This document shows, piece by piece, positions 11,056-22,100 of a stretch of 64,000 nucleotides of DNA (position 1 is the first letter of the stretch; every line of letters starts with the position of its first letter). The notes under the pieces were generated by a model. The model made no database searches and was not told the DNA's origin. It saw only the letters and a list, made by a program, of their open reading frames with translations. The translations under genes and the position numbers were made by a program. The DNA is taken from positions 608,001 to 672,000 of the forward strand of contig CAWFFN010000007.1 of NCBI GenBank assembly GCA_963815115.1. The letters are read 5' to 3'. The stretch is from an uncultured delta proteobacterium (GTDB lineage: Bacteria; Desulfobacterota; Binatia; DP-6).

Positions 11056-11804
11056 TCGGCCAGCAACCGCTGCAGCGTGGTGCGCAACGTGGCGCCGTCG
11101 ACGTCGCGCGTGATCTTCCCCTCGCGCGCCAGGGAGATCGCGCCGTCCTCCTCGGAGACGACGATGACGACGGCGTCCGTCTCCTCGGTGAGCCCGATGG
11201 CCGCCCGGTGGCGCGTCCCGAGCGTCTTCGACACGTTGGGGTTCGCGGTCAGGGGCAGGAAGCACCCCGCGGCGGTGATGCGCCCGTTCTGCACGATCAG
11301 CGCGCCGTCGTGGATCGGCGAGTCGGGCAGGAAGATGCTCGTCACCAGCTCGCGCGACACGCGGGCGTCGAGCCGCGTGCCGACGTCGATGTACTCGTTC
11401 AGGCCCACCTCGTGCTGCAGCACGATGAGCGCCCCGACGCGCCGGCTCGCCAGGTGGGTCACCGCCTTCACCAGCTCCTCGACCGCCTGGTTCTGCACCG
11501 CCCGGTCGCGCGGCGAGAAGAGCGGGCCCGTTCCCACCTGCGTCAGCATGCGGCGGATGTCGTTCTGGAACACGATGAAGAAGAGCACCAGCGACCAGCC
11601 GAGCACGTAGTTGAGCAGGACGTTGACGGTGTAGATCTCGAAGCGCGCCGACAGGAAGTAGAGCGCGTACACCATGGACAGCCCGATCAGCATCGGGACC
11701 GCGCGGGTCCCCCGGATCAGGTTGATTCCCGAGTAGATGCCGATGGTGAGCAGGAAGATGTCGACGCCGTCCTGCCAGCGGAAGCCGAGGGCGAGGTCCT
11801 TCAT
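11052..11804 (-). CDS. cdaA: Diadenylate cyclase CdaA
   Basis: Three N-terminal TM segments, FQNDIRR, the HDGA (DGA) motif and the GTRHRAA (RHR) motif. Confidence 0.95.
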   Translation of the reverse strand: MKDLALGFRWQDGVDIFLLTIGIYSGINLIRGTRAVPMLIGLSMVYALYFLSARFEIYTVNVLLNYVLGWSLVLFFIVFQNDIRRMLTQVGTGPLFSPRDRAVQNQAVEELVKAVTHLASRRVGALIVLQHEVGLNEYIDVGTRLDARVSRELVTSIFLPDSPIHDGALIVQNGRITAAGCFLPLTANPNVSKTLGTRHRAAIGLTEETDAVVIVVSEEDGAISLAREGKITRDVDGATLRTTLQRLLAE

Positions 11805-11828
11805 GCGCTCGCCGCGCCGGGGGCGGCC

Positions 11829-13660
<1,832 letters not shown>

Positions 13661-13684
13661 AGACACCTCGCCGCGTCGCCACGG

Positions 13685-13713
13685 AGCGTACCATGCGTAT
13701 TTTTCATGGGCAA
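13685..13713 (-). promoter_or_regulatory. Sigma70-type promoter for ftsH
   Basis: Minus strand TTGCCC-17 nt-TACGCT with an extended -10 TG, in an AT-rich patch just upstream of ftsH. Confidence 0.55.
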
Positions 13714-15092
13714 TGCACGGCCCCCGCCAGACGTTCGAAGACCCCGTCGACGACCTGGCGGGTGCGCGGCCCGACCGCCGCGCCGGAGCCCCGCGCCACG
13801 CCGGCGACCCAGAGAATCTGGCCGGCCGACTCGAGGACCGGCACGCCGGCGCGCGTCTCGCGCGGCACCTTGGCGTCGACGAGCAGGTCCTGGAGCTTGC
13901 GGGTGCCGACACCCTGGAGGTGCATGCGGTCGCCGGGGCGCCGCGAGCGCACCAGCAGCGAGTCGCCGAGGGCCTCGGCATCGAACGCCGCCCGGCCCGG
14001 GTCGCTCCGCCGGGCGTCCTCGCCGGCATACGGTCGCGGCGACGACAGCCAGAGCCGCCACCCCGATCCCGGATCGGCGGCACTTCCTCCGGGTGCGATC
14101 GGCAGGCAGAACGACCCGGCCGGCCGCTGGCCCCGGGCGCGGCGCACGAGGTGGTCGCCCTCGCGCAGCACCCGGGAGGACCCGGCCAGCGCAACGACCC
14201 CGCGGGCTGCGCCGCGGGCGAGCCCGAGCACGCGCTCGACGTGCTCGGCGGTCACGCCGGCGCGCGCGCCGTTCTCGAGCCACGCGCGCACGATGCGCCG
14301 CCCGATCGCCGCCGGCTCGCCGGCGACCGCGACCCGGAGCCGCCCGCCATCGAGCAGGGCGTCGCGCCGGACAGCCGCCTGCGTCTCGAGCAGGTCGTCC
14401 TCGTCGCGCAAGCGCCGCGCGAGCGCAGCCAGGGTCCGCCCGACGCGCGGGTTGAATTCGGCCGCGAGGAGGGGGAGGACGAGGCGCCGCAGCCGGTTGC
14501 GTGCGTGGGCCAGGTCGGCGTTGCTGCGGTCGACGGCAAACGCGAGGTCCCGGTCGGCCAGGAAGTGACGCACGTCGGCCCGCGTACTGCCGAGCAGCGG
14601 ACGCAGCAGGCGCCCGCTCACCGGACGCATTCCCCCGATGCCACCCCGACCGGCTCCCCGCAGCAAGCGCAGGAGCACGGTCTCGGCCTGGTCGTCGGCG
14701 GTGTGTCCGAGGACGATCCGCGTCGCACCCACCTCCTGCGCCATCGACACCAGGGCGCGACGGCGCGCGCGGCGGGCTCGCATTTCGACACTGGCTCCGG
14801 CGGCGAGGGCGAGCCGGCGCTCGACGAGCGGCACATCCAGCCCGAGCGCGGCGGTCGCGACGCCGTCCCGCTCCGCGGCCCCCTCGGCGCCGCGGAGCCC
14901 GTGATCGACGTGCGCCGCGGTCATCCGCCAGGCGCCTTCCCGGGCGAGCTCGCCGAGCGCGACGAGGAGCGCCATCGAGTCCGGTCCTCCCGACACGGCG
15001 ACCAGCAGGTGCTCGTCGCCTCGCAGCCGGGCGTCGCGGAGCGCGCGGGCGACGCCACGCAGGAGCGGCGACGGCCGTGATCCCCCAGGCAT
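13704..15092 (-). CDS. tilS: tRNA(Ile)-lysidine synthetase
   Basis: [34 protein letters not shown] and C-terminal [15 protein letters not shown]. Confidence 0.95.
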   Translation of the reverse strand: MPGGSRPSPLLRGVARALRDARLRGDEHLLVAVSGGPDSMALLVALGELAREGAWRMTAAHVDHGLRGAEGAAERDGVATAALGLDVPLVERRLALAAGASVEMRARRARRRALVSMAQEVGATRIVLGHTADDQAETVLLRLLRGAGRGGIGGMRPVSGRLLRPLLGSTRADVRHFLADRDLAFAVDRSNADLAHARNRLRRLVLPLLAAEFNPRVGRTLAALARRLRDEDDLLETQAAVRRDALLDGGRLRVAVAGEPAAIGRRIVRAWLENGARAGVTAEHVERVLGLARGAARGVVALAGSSRVLREGDHLVRRARGQRPAGSFCLPIAPGGSAADPGSGWRLWLSSPRPYAGEDARRSDPGRAAFDAEALGDSLLVRSRRPGDRMHLQGVGTRKLQDLLVDAKVPRETRAGVPVLESAGQILWVAGVARGSGAAVGPRTRQVVDGVFERLAGAVHCP

Positions 15093-15160
15093 GGCATCCA
15101 ACCTAGCACCCGGCACGGGTGACCGGCGACCTGCGTACGGGCGCCGAGCGGGCGCGGCCG

Positions 15161-17359
15161 TCACAGCGAGGCGGCGACCGCCCGCGCCCGGTCGCGCGCG
15201 ATGCTGAGGGTTTGCGCCACCGCCGAGGCGCACGGCTCCGACAGGCTGCCGCGGCGCTCGGCCCGAGCGGCCACGCCGAGCGCGCGCTTGAGCGCGGAGG
15301 CAGCCTGGCGCAGCAACGTGCGCTGCTTGGACTTGGCGCGTGCCGACCCGGCGCGCGTCACGAGGCGTTGCGCCTTGGCGAAGCGGCGCTCGACGCCGCG
15401 GGGCAGCGCGAACCCGGGACACCCCGGCAGGCCGGCATTGAGCGAACAGCTCACCGCAACGATCCCCTCGACGGTCGGGAATCGACAGCCACTCGCGGGA
15501 TCGCACAGGTTCTGGGTGCAGGGATCCCCGTCGTCGCACACCAGGGGCGCGGGCGCCGCACACGTCCCGCCGGTGCAGGCCTCCTCGCCGTTGCAGGCGT
15601 TGCCATCCGAGCACGACGTGCCGTCGGGCACCGGCGTGCCGGCGACGCAGCCCGAACCGGGAACCAGCGTCTCGACGCCGTTGCACGGATTGCCGTCGTC
15701 ACACGCCAGCGCGGCGGCCGCCAGCGCGTCGACCCGCCCCGCACCGGCGGTGTCGTCGAACCCGGGCGGTCCGATGTCGACGGCGCTGGCACGCAGCACG
15801 CTCTGGACCTGGGCCGGCGAGAGCGCCGGGTTCTCCTGGAGCAGGAGCGCCGCCACCGCTGCCACGTGCGGGGCGGCGGCGGACGTACCGAAGAAGGGGC
15901 TGAAGCCGGGCACCGAGGTGGCCACGTCGTCGAAGCCGGCCAGGTCGGGCTTGGGACGGATGGCGGCGGACGGGAACGCAATCCGCGCCGGTCCCTGCGA
16001 GCTGAAGAACTCCACCGCGTCGAGCCCCGGCGTCGCGACGTCGATGGCGCCCACGGCGACCGCCTCGGGGATGGCGGCGTGGCCGAAGATGCTGCCGGTG
16101 AGCGTGAAGTGCTCCATCTGCTGCACGTCCTGGGCGCAGAACAGCTCGAGGGTGCGGGCGTCACCGTGCTCCCGCTCGATGGCGAGGTAGGCGATCTCGG
16201 GGCTGCTGCCGGGATTGTTCGCGGCCACGATCTCGATGGGATCGCCGCGGCCGTTCTGAACGTCCTGGCTGGCGGTGATCAGCCGTTGCGAGCCGTCGAG
16301 CAGCAGCAGGTCGTAGTCGTCGTTCGCGGAGCCGAACGGATCGTCCCATTGCAGCACGCAGAGGAGCGAGCCGCCCGGGGACACCCGCACGCCGTTCGTG
16401 TTGTCGATGCCGCCGCCGCTGTTGAAGTCGTGGAACTTCGTGTTCGGCGAGGGCTGGAACACGCCCTCGTAGTGCAGCTGTCCGGAGTTCCCGGCGGCGG
16501 AATGGTACGAGACGCCGCCCTGCACCGCGGCGCGCACCGCATCGGCGACGGGGCCGTCCTGGAAGTACGGCTCGCCGAAGAACTGCAGGTCGTCGACGAT
16601 CACGTCGGCGCCGGCATCCGCGAGGCAGCGAACCGCCTGGTTGAACGCGAGCGTGCTGTCGACCCCGCTGGCGAAGAGCAGGGACGCGCCGGGGGCGACG
16701 TCGTGTACGATCTCGAGGATGGCGGTGCCCTCGGCTCCGCTGCCCGCGCCGCATCCCGAGGGCACCGTCACGTCGGGAAGGTCGCCCGTCGAGCGGACGG
16801 CCGCCAGGCCGTCGAGCCCGTCGGAGATCACGCCGACGCGAACGCCCCTGCCATCGAAGCCGAGGGCCTGCACCTGGTCGGCGCGTGACGCGCTGACGCC
16901 CGCGCTGGTGACCGACCCGACGCGGGTGTGACCGCGCTCGACCGGGCGAACCGACGACACCCCGGACAGGCCTGCCAGTCCGTGCACTCCGCCGGCCGGT
17001 ACCCAGCCCTCGAGCAGCCCGCTCGCCTGCTCCTCGCGTTCGACGGAGACGCCGGCGGCGGTCAGCGCCGCCCGGGTGCCATCGTCGAGCCGCTCCACGC
17101 GCACCAGGACATGGACCCATCCGTGGCGAAGCCACGCCGGGCCGCCATGCGGCCCCGCTCTCAGCCTCCCGTCGGCCGCGAGCCCGCGCAAGCCGCGCAG
17201 CCGGCTGTCGAGCCGCTGGTCCGCCTGGTCGAGCGCCGTCTTCTGCTCTTGCAGCACCTGGAGACCGCTCTCGAGCGACCGTACCGCGCCGAGGTCGACG
17301 GCGAGGGCGCGGGTGGCGAGGGCTACGAGGACGCAAGCGGCGGGGAGTCGCATCGACAC
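15161..17359 (-). CDS. Secreted subtilase (S8/S53-like) with Cys-rich repeats and a basic helical C-terminal domain
   Basis: Signal peptide, GVISDG, EGTAILEIVHDVAPG, SAAGN and GTSAAAPHVA (catalytic Ser), followed by CDDGNPCNG-type repeats. Confidence 0.85.
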   Translation of the reverse strand: MSMRLPAACVLVALATRALAVDLGAVRSLESGLQVLQEQKTALDQADQRLDSRLRGLRGLAADGRLRAGPHGGPAWLRHGWVHVLVRVERLDDGTRAALTAAGVSVEREEQASGLLEGWVPAGGVHGLAGLSGVSSVRPVERGHTRVGSVTSAGVSASRADQVQALGFDGRGVRVGVISDGLDGLAAVRSTGDLPDVTVPSGCGAGSGAEGTAILEIVHDVAPGASLLFASGVDSTLAFNQAVRCLADAGADVIVDDLQFFGEPYFQDGPVADAVRAAVQGGVSYHSAAGNSGQLHYEGVFQPSPNTKFHDFNSGGGIDNTNGVRVSPGGSLLCVLQWDDPFGSANDDYDLLLLDGSQRLITASQDVQNGRGDPIEIVAANNPGSSPEIAYLAIEREHGDARTLELFCAQDVQQMEHFTLTGSIFGHAAIPEAVAVGAIDVATPGLDAVEFFSSQGPARIAFPSAAIRPKPDLAGFDDVATSVPGFSPFFGTSAAAPHVAAVAALLLQENPALSPAQVQSVLRASAVDIGPPGFDDTAGAGRVDALAAAALACDDGNPCNGVETLVPGSGCVAGTPVPDGTSCSDGNACNGEEACTGGTCAAPAPLVCDDGDPCTQNLCDPASGCRFPTVEGIVAVSCSLNAGLPGCPGFALPRGVERRFAKAQRLVTRAGSARAKSKQRTLLRQAASALKRALGVAARAERRGSLSEPCASAVAQTLSIARDRARAVAASL

Positions 17360-17427
17360 TCCCGGGATACCGTACCCGAAATTGCTCCGGTTGACCGCTA
17401 CCCGGCCCCCGGGGGTAGCGTGCGCCC

Positions 17428-18288
17428 ATGAAGACGCTCCGCACGGAGACCACGAACGGTGTGCGCTCGATCGTGCTCGCGCGCCCGAGCGAATACAACA
17501 CCATCACTCCGGACCTGCGCGACGAGCTCGCAGCTGCCATAGACGAAGCGGACGCGGACCCCGAGGTCCACGTCATCCTGCTCCGTGCCGACGGTCCCGC
17601 CTTCTGTGCCGGATACGGTCTCGACTGGGCCATCCCGGCGCAGGCGGCGGAGAGCGATGAGCCGGCCGGTGCTCCCCGGCCTCGCACCTGGGACTCGGTC
17701 GCCGACTGGCGAATGATGAAGCGCTTCGTCGATACGTACATGAAGCTCTGGTATGCCCAGAAGCCGACCATCGCGGCGGTGCAGGGCTGGTGCATCGGCG
17801 GTGGTACCGACCTGGTGCTCTGCGCCGACCTGATCGTGGCGGGCGACGGCGCGCGCTTCGGCTACCCCCCATCGCGCGTCTGGGGAACGCCGACCACCGC
17901 CATGTGGGTCTACCGACTCGGGCTCGAGCGGGCGAAGCGCTATCTCCTCACCGGGGACGAGATCCCGGCTCGGCGCGCGGCCGAGCTGGGCCTCATCCTC
18001 GAGGTCGTGCCCGACGATCGGCTCGTCGAGCACGCGCTCGGCCTGGCGCGGCGCATGGCGCGCGTCCCGATCAACCAGCTCGTGATGCTCAAGCTGCTCT
18101 GCAACCAGACGGCCGAGCACCTCGGCATGACGTCCACCCGGCTGGTCGGCACGCTGTTCGACGGCATCGCGCGCCACACCCAGGAGGGTCTCGACTTCGT
18201 GCGCCGCGCCCAGGAGGCCGGCTTCCGGCAGGCGGTGCGCGAGCGCGACGACCCGTTCGGCGACTATGGCAGCCGCCCGCGGTCCTGA
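17428..18288 (+). CDS. Enoyl-CoA hydratase/crotonase family protein
   Basis: AFCAGYGL, KPTIAAVQGWCIGGG, FGYPP and LLTGD. Confidence 0.9.
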   Translation: MKTLRTETTNGVRSIVLARPSEYNTITPDLRDELAAAIDEADADPEVHVILLRADGPAFCAGYGLDWAIPAQAAESDEPAGAPRPRTWDSVADWRMMKRFVDTYMKLWYAQKPTIAAVQGWCIGGGTDLVLCADLIVAGDGARFGYPPSRVWGTPTTAMWVYRLGLERAKRYLLTGDEIPARRAAELGLILEVVPDDRLVEHALGLARRMARVPINQLVMLKLLCNQTAEHLGMTSTRLVGTLFDGIARHTQEGLDFVRRAQEAGFRQAVRERDDPFGDYGSRPRS

Positions 18289-18342
18289 CCGTCGGCTACG
18301 CTTCCTTGACCCGGCGCTCCTCGCACTGAGATACCCGAGCAT

Positions 18343-18597
18343 ATGACCCCACGAACGCGCCGTCTCGTACTGCTCTCCGGCTGGCTCCTGCTCCAGAAGC
18401 CGACGGGATGGACCGATTCCAGGGAGCCGCCCCTCGACCGCTGGACGCAGGTGAAGCAGTTCTCTTCCTCCGGCGCCTGCGAGAGCTATCGCGACAAGGC
18501 ACTCGCCGGTGCGCAGGACCCGGCCGCCGCCGGCAGCATGCGCTGCGTGGCGGAGGAGCCGGCGCAGAAGGCCCCCGCGGCGGCCGGCGGCTGGTAG
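18343..18597 (+). CDS. Small hypothetical, probably exported protein with two Cys
   Basis: 84-aa ORF filling the gap between genes. Short hydrophobic N-terminus and a PLDRW...F...AC...MRC pattern. Confidence 0.55.
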   Translation: MTPRTRRLVLLSGWLLLQKPTGWTDSREPPLDRWTQVKQFSSSGACESYRDKALAGAQDPAAAGSMRCVAEEPAQKAPAAAGGW

Positions 18598-18598
18598 C

Positions 18599-19102
18599 TC
18601 AGCCCGAGGAGAGCGGTCCGGGCGCGACGACGTGAATGCTCGGCGTGTCCTGGCGGCTCCACTCCTCGTGGAACACGGGGACATAACCCGTGTGCCGGAT
18701 CAGCCAGACACCCTGCTGCTTCACGTACTCGTCATCATAGAAGCAGGCCATGCGAACGCCGCGTTGCTGGCGCTCGTTCAGCAGGTAGTTGTGCAGCGCC
18801 CACGTCCCCCGCGCCGTCGTCGGACCGGTGAGCTGGATCTCGGGATGATGGCCGTGGTGCAGTCCGATCGTTCCTCGCTCCGCCGACAGCGACTCGCGCA
18901 GGAATGCGAGGATGGCGTCGCGACCCACGAATCGATAGCGCCCCGCGCCGTAGCTCACCGTCGCGCCGGTGGTGAAGCAGTCGCCGAGCTCGTCCCAGCG
19001 TTTCATGTCCAGACAGCGAAAATAGCGGTACTTCAGCTGCCGGATCGCCTCCACGTCCTCCAGCGCCTGCAATCGCGCCTCGAGCTCTTCCAGCGTCGCC
19101 AT
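18599..19102 (-). CDS. SnoaL-like/NTF2 family protein (BaiE-like dehydratase fold)
   Basis: LEDVEAIRQLKYRYFRCLD..W, HHGHHPEI, ARGTW and Y.DEY. ATG at 19102 with GGAG upstream. Confidence 0.85.
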   Translation of the reverse strand: MATLEELEARLQALEDVEAIRQLKYRYFRCLDMKRWDELGDCFTTGATVSYGAGRYRFVGRDAILAFLRESLSAERGTIGLHHGHHPEIQLTGPTTARGTWALHNYLLNERQQRGVRMACFYDDEYVKQQGVWLIRHTGYVPVFHEEWSRQDTPSIHVVAPGPLSSG

Positions 19103-19168
19103 GCGGATCTCCTTCTCGCAGGCGGGCCCGCACCGCAAACTCGCACTGCCGGACGGCGCAACCCTCGA

Positions 19169-22100
19169 TCAGTCCGACTTGGCCTTGAAGTCCAGCGTCG
19201 AGTTCACCAGCGGCGTCGAGAACGTGCCCTCGTAGCACTGTCCGTTCTCGCTCTGGAGCTGGGCCTTGAGCGGGAGCATCAGCGTGGGACCGAGGGGCGG
19301 CAAGGGGATGTTGTCGCCTTTGCCTTTGAGCGTCAGCTTGGCCGCGCCCGCGCCACCGGCCCGGATCGTGATGCCGTCGAGATCGTCCGGCAGCCCGTCA
19401 CGGTCCTTGTACTTGAAGCCCTTCGGGGGCACGCGGCCGATCTGCTTCCAGCACGGCCGTGAGCCGCAGGTGCCGCCGGCGGGCGCCGTCATCTTGAGGA
19501 GCAGGTCCCCGGTGCCGTCGAACAGGCAGAGCGCGTAGTCGTCCGTGGCGAGCGGATTGCCGAGATCGGCGAACGTGGTCGCCTGACCCCGCGTCCACTT
19601 GAACACCACCTGGTCCTTCGCATCGGGCGTGAAGTCCCGCAGGATCAGCTGCGCCTTCCCGGCCTGGGTCGGCAGCTTGCACGTCGAGCGCGGGGCCGCG
19701 AGGCAGCCTCCGGCCGGATTGCAGGTCTGGCAGAGTGGGCAGGTGATGGGCGTGCCCCCCGTGCAGGCGCCGCCACTGCAGATCTCGCCCGAGGTGCAGT
19801 CGTCACCGTCGCTGCACGCGGCGCCGTCGTTGCCGGTGGGATGGGCACAGGTCCCGCTGCCGTCGCACTGATCGAGCGTGCACGGATCGCCGTCGACCGT
19901 GCACGCCGTCCCCGAGGGGTCGAAGCAGTTGTCGGCGGCCTCGTTGCAGGTCACGGCGCATTCCGGGCCCCCCGTGCACGGATCGCCAGCGTGGGTGCAA
20001 GCGCCCCCGCTACAGGTGTCGGCGCCGTTGCAGAACAGCCCATCGTCGCACGGAGCGGCATTGTTGGGATGCGCGCAGGCGCCGGTGCCGTTGCACTGGT
20101 CGTTCGTGCACACGTTGCCGTCGCTCGTGCACCCGGTGCCGGCGGGATCGAAGCAGTTGTCGGCGGCCTCGTTGCAGGTGTCGGCGCATTCGGGCCCGCC
20201 CGTACAGGGATTGCCCGTGTGCGTGCAGGTGCCGCCGCTGCACGTGTCGCTGCCGTTGCAGAACAAGCCGTCGTTGCACGGGGCCGTGTTGTTGGGATGC
20301 GTGCAGGCGCCGGTGCCGTTGCACTGGTCGTTCGTGCACACGTTGCCGTCGCTCGTGCACGCGGTGCCGGCGGGATCGAAGCAGTTGTCGGCGGCCTCGT
20401 TGCAGGTGTCGGCGCACTCCGGGCCCCCCGCGCAGGGGTTGCCGGCATGCGCCGCGCAGGTGCCGCCGCTGCACGTGTCGGCGCCGTTGCAGAACAGGCC
20501 GTCGTCGCACGACGCGGTATTGTTGGGATGCGTGCAGGCGCCGGTGCCGTTGCACTGGTCGTTGGTGCACACGTTGCCGTCGCTCGTGCACGCGGTGCCG
20601 GCGGCATCGAAGCAGTTGTCGGCGGCCTCGTTGCAGGTGTCGGCACACTCGGGGCCGCCTGCGCAGGGACTGCCGGCGTGCGTGCAGGCGCCGCCGCTAC
20701 AGATGTCGGCGCCGGTGCAGAAGAGCCCGTCGTCGCACGGGGCCGTGTTGTTGGGATGCGTGCAGGCGCCACTGCCGTTGCACTGGTCGTTCGTGCACAC
20801 GTTGCCGTCGCTCGTGCACGCGGTGCCGGCGGGATCGAAGCAGTTGTCGGCGGCCTCGTTGCAGGTGTCGGCACATTCGGATCCGCCCGTGCACGGATTG
20901 CCGGCGTGCGTGCAGGTGCCGCCGCCACAGGTGTCGGCACCGTTGCAGAAGAGCCCGTCGTCGCACGGGGCGGTGTTGTTCGGATGCAGGCAGGCGCCGG
21001 CGCCGTTGCACACGTCGTTGGTGCACACGTTGCCGTCGCTGGTGCACGCGGTGCCGGGCGCGTCGTACGTGCAGGTGGGCGAGCAACAGTCGCCCGCGGC
21101 GGTGTTGCCGTCGTCGCACGTCTCGCCGGCCTCGACGACGCCGTTGCCGCACACGACGACGGGATCGTCGTACTCGAGGACGCGGTGATTGCCCGAATCC
21201 GCCGCGTACAGGTCGCCACTGGTGTCGACGGAGACGGCGCTGGGGGTGCAGAGGCTCGTGGCGCTCGCGCCGCCGAGGTTGCACGTGCTGCTCGCGAAGC
21301 TTCCGCCCTGGCCGAAGACGCGATCGGCGGTGACGCCGCTCACGAGCGGCGTGTCGTACTCGAGGAGGCGGTTGTTGCTCTGATCCGTGACGTAGAGGTT
21401 GCCATCCGTCCCGACGGCTATCCCGGCAGGATTGCACAGGCTCGTGGCGCTCACGCCACCCAGGTTGCACGTCCCGGACGCGAAGCTCCCGCCCTGGCCG
21501 AAGACCCGGTCCGCGGTGACGCCGCTCGCGAGCGGCGTGTCGTACTCGAGCACGCGCGAGTTGGTCTGGTCGGCGACGTACAGATCGCCTGCGGGATCCA
21601 TCGCCACGCCGACCGGGGAACAGAGGCTCGTGGCGCTCACGCCGCCCAGGTTGCACGTGCCGAGCGTGAAGCTGCCTCCCTGCCCGAAGACACGGTCGGC
21701 GGTGACGCCGCTCGCGAGCGGCGTGTCGTACTCGAGCACGCGCGAGTTGGTCTGGTCGGCGACGTACAGATCGCCCGCGGGATCCATCGCCACGCCGACC
21801 GGGGAACAGAGGCTCGTGGCGCTCACGCCGCCCAGGTTGCACGTGCCGGTCGTGAAGCTGCCTCCCTGTCCGAAGACACGGTCGGCCGCGGCGTCGGTCG
21901 CGAACGGCGCGTCGTACTCGAGGACGCGCGAGTTGCTGGCGTCCGCGACGTAGAGGTTGCCACCGGCGTCGACGGCGACACCGATCGGGGAGCACAGGCT
22001 GGTCGCGCTGAGGCCGCCGGAGTTGCACGAGGAGGACAAGAAGTCGGGCTGCCCGATCACCAGATCGGCCGGCGCGCCGTCGACGAACGCGGCTGCACTC

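Noticed and set aside
21513-21885. Near-identical repeat pair as DGR template/variable regions
   Set aside because: The copies are tandem and in frame, differences are not adenine-specific, and there is no reverse transcriptase in the window.
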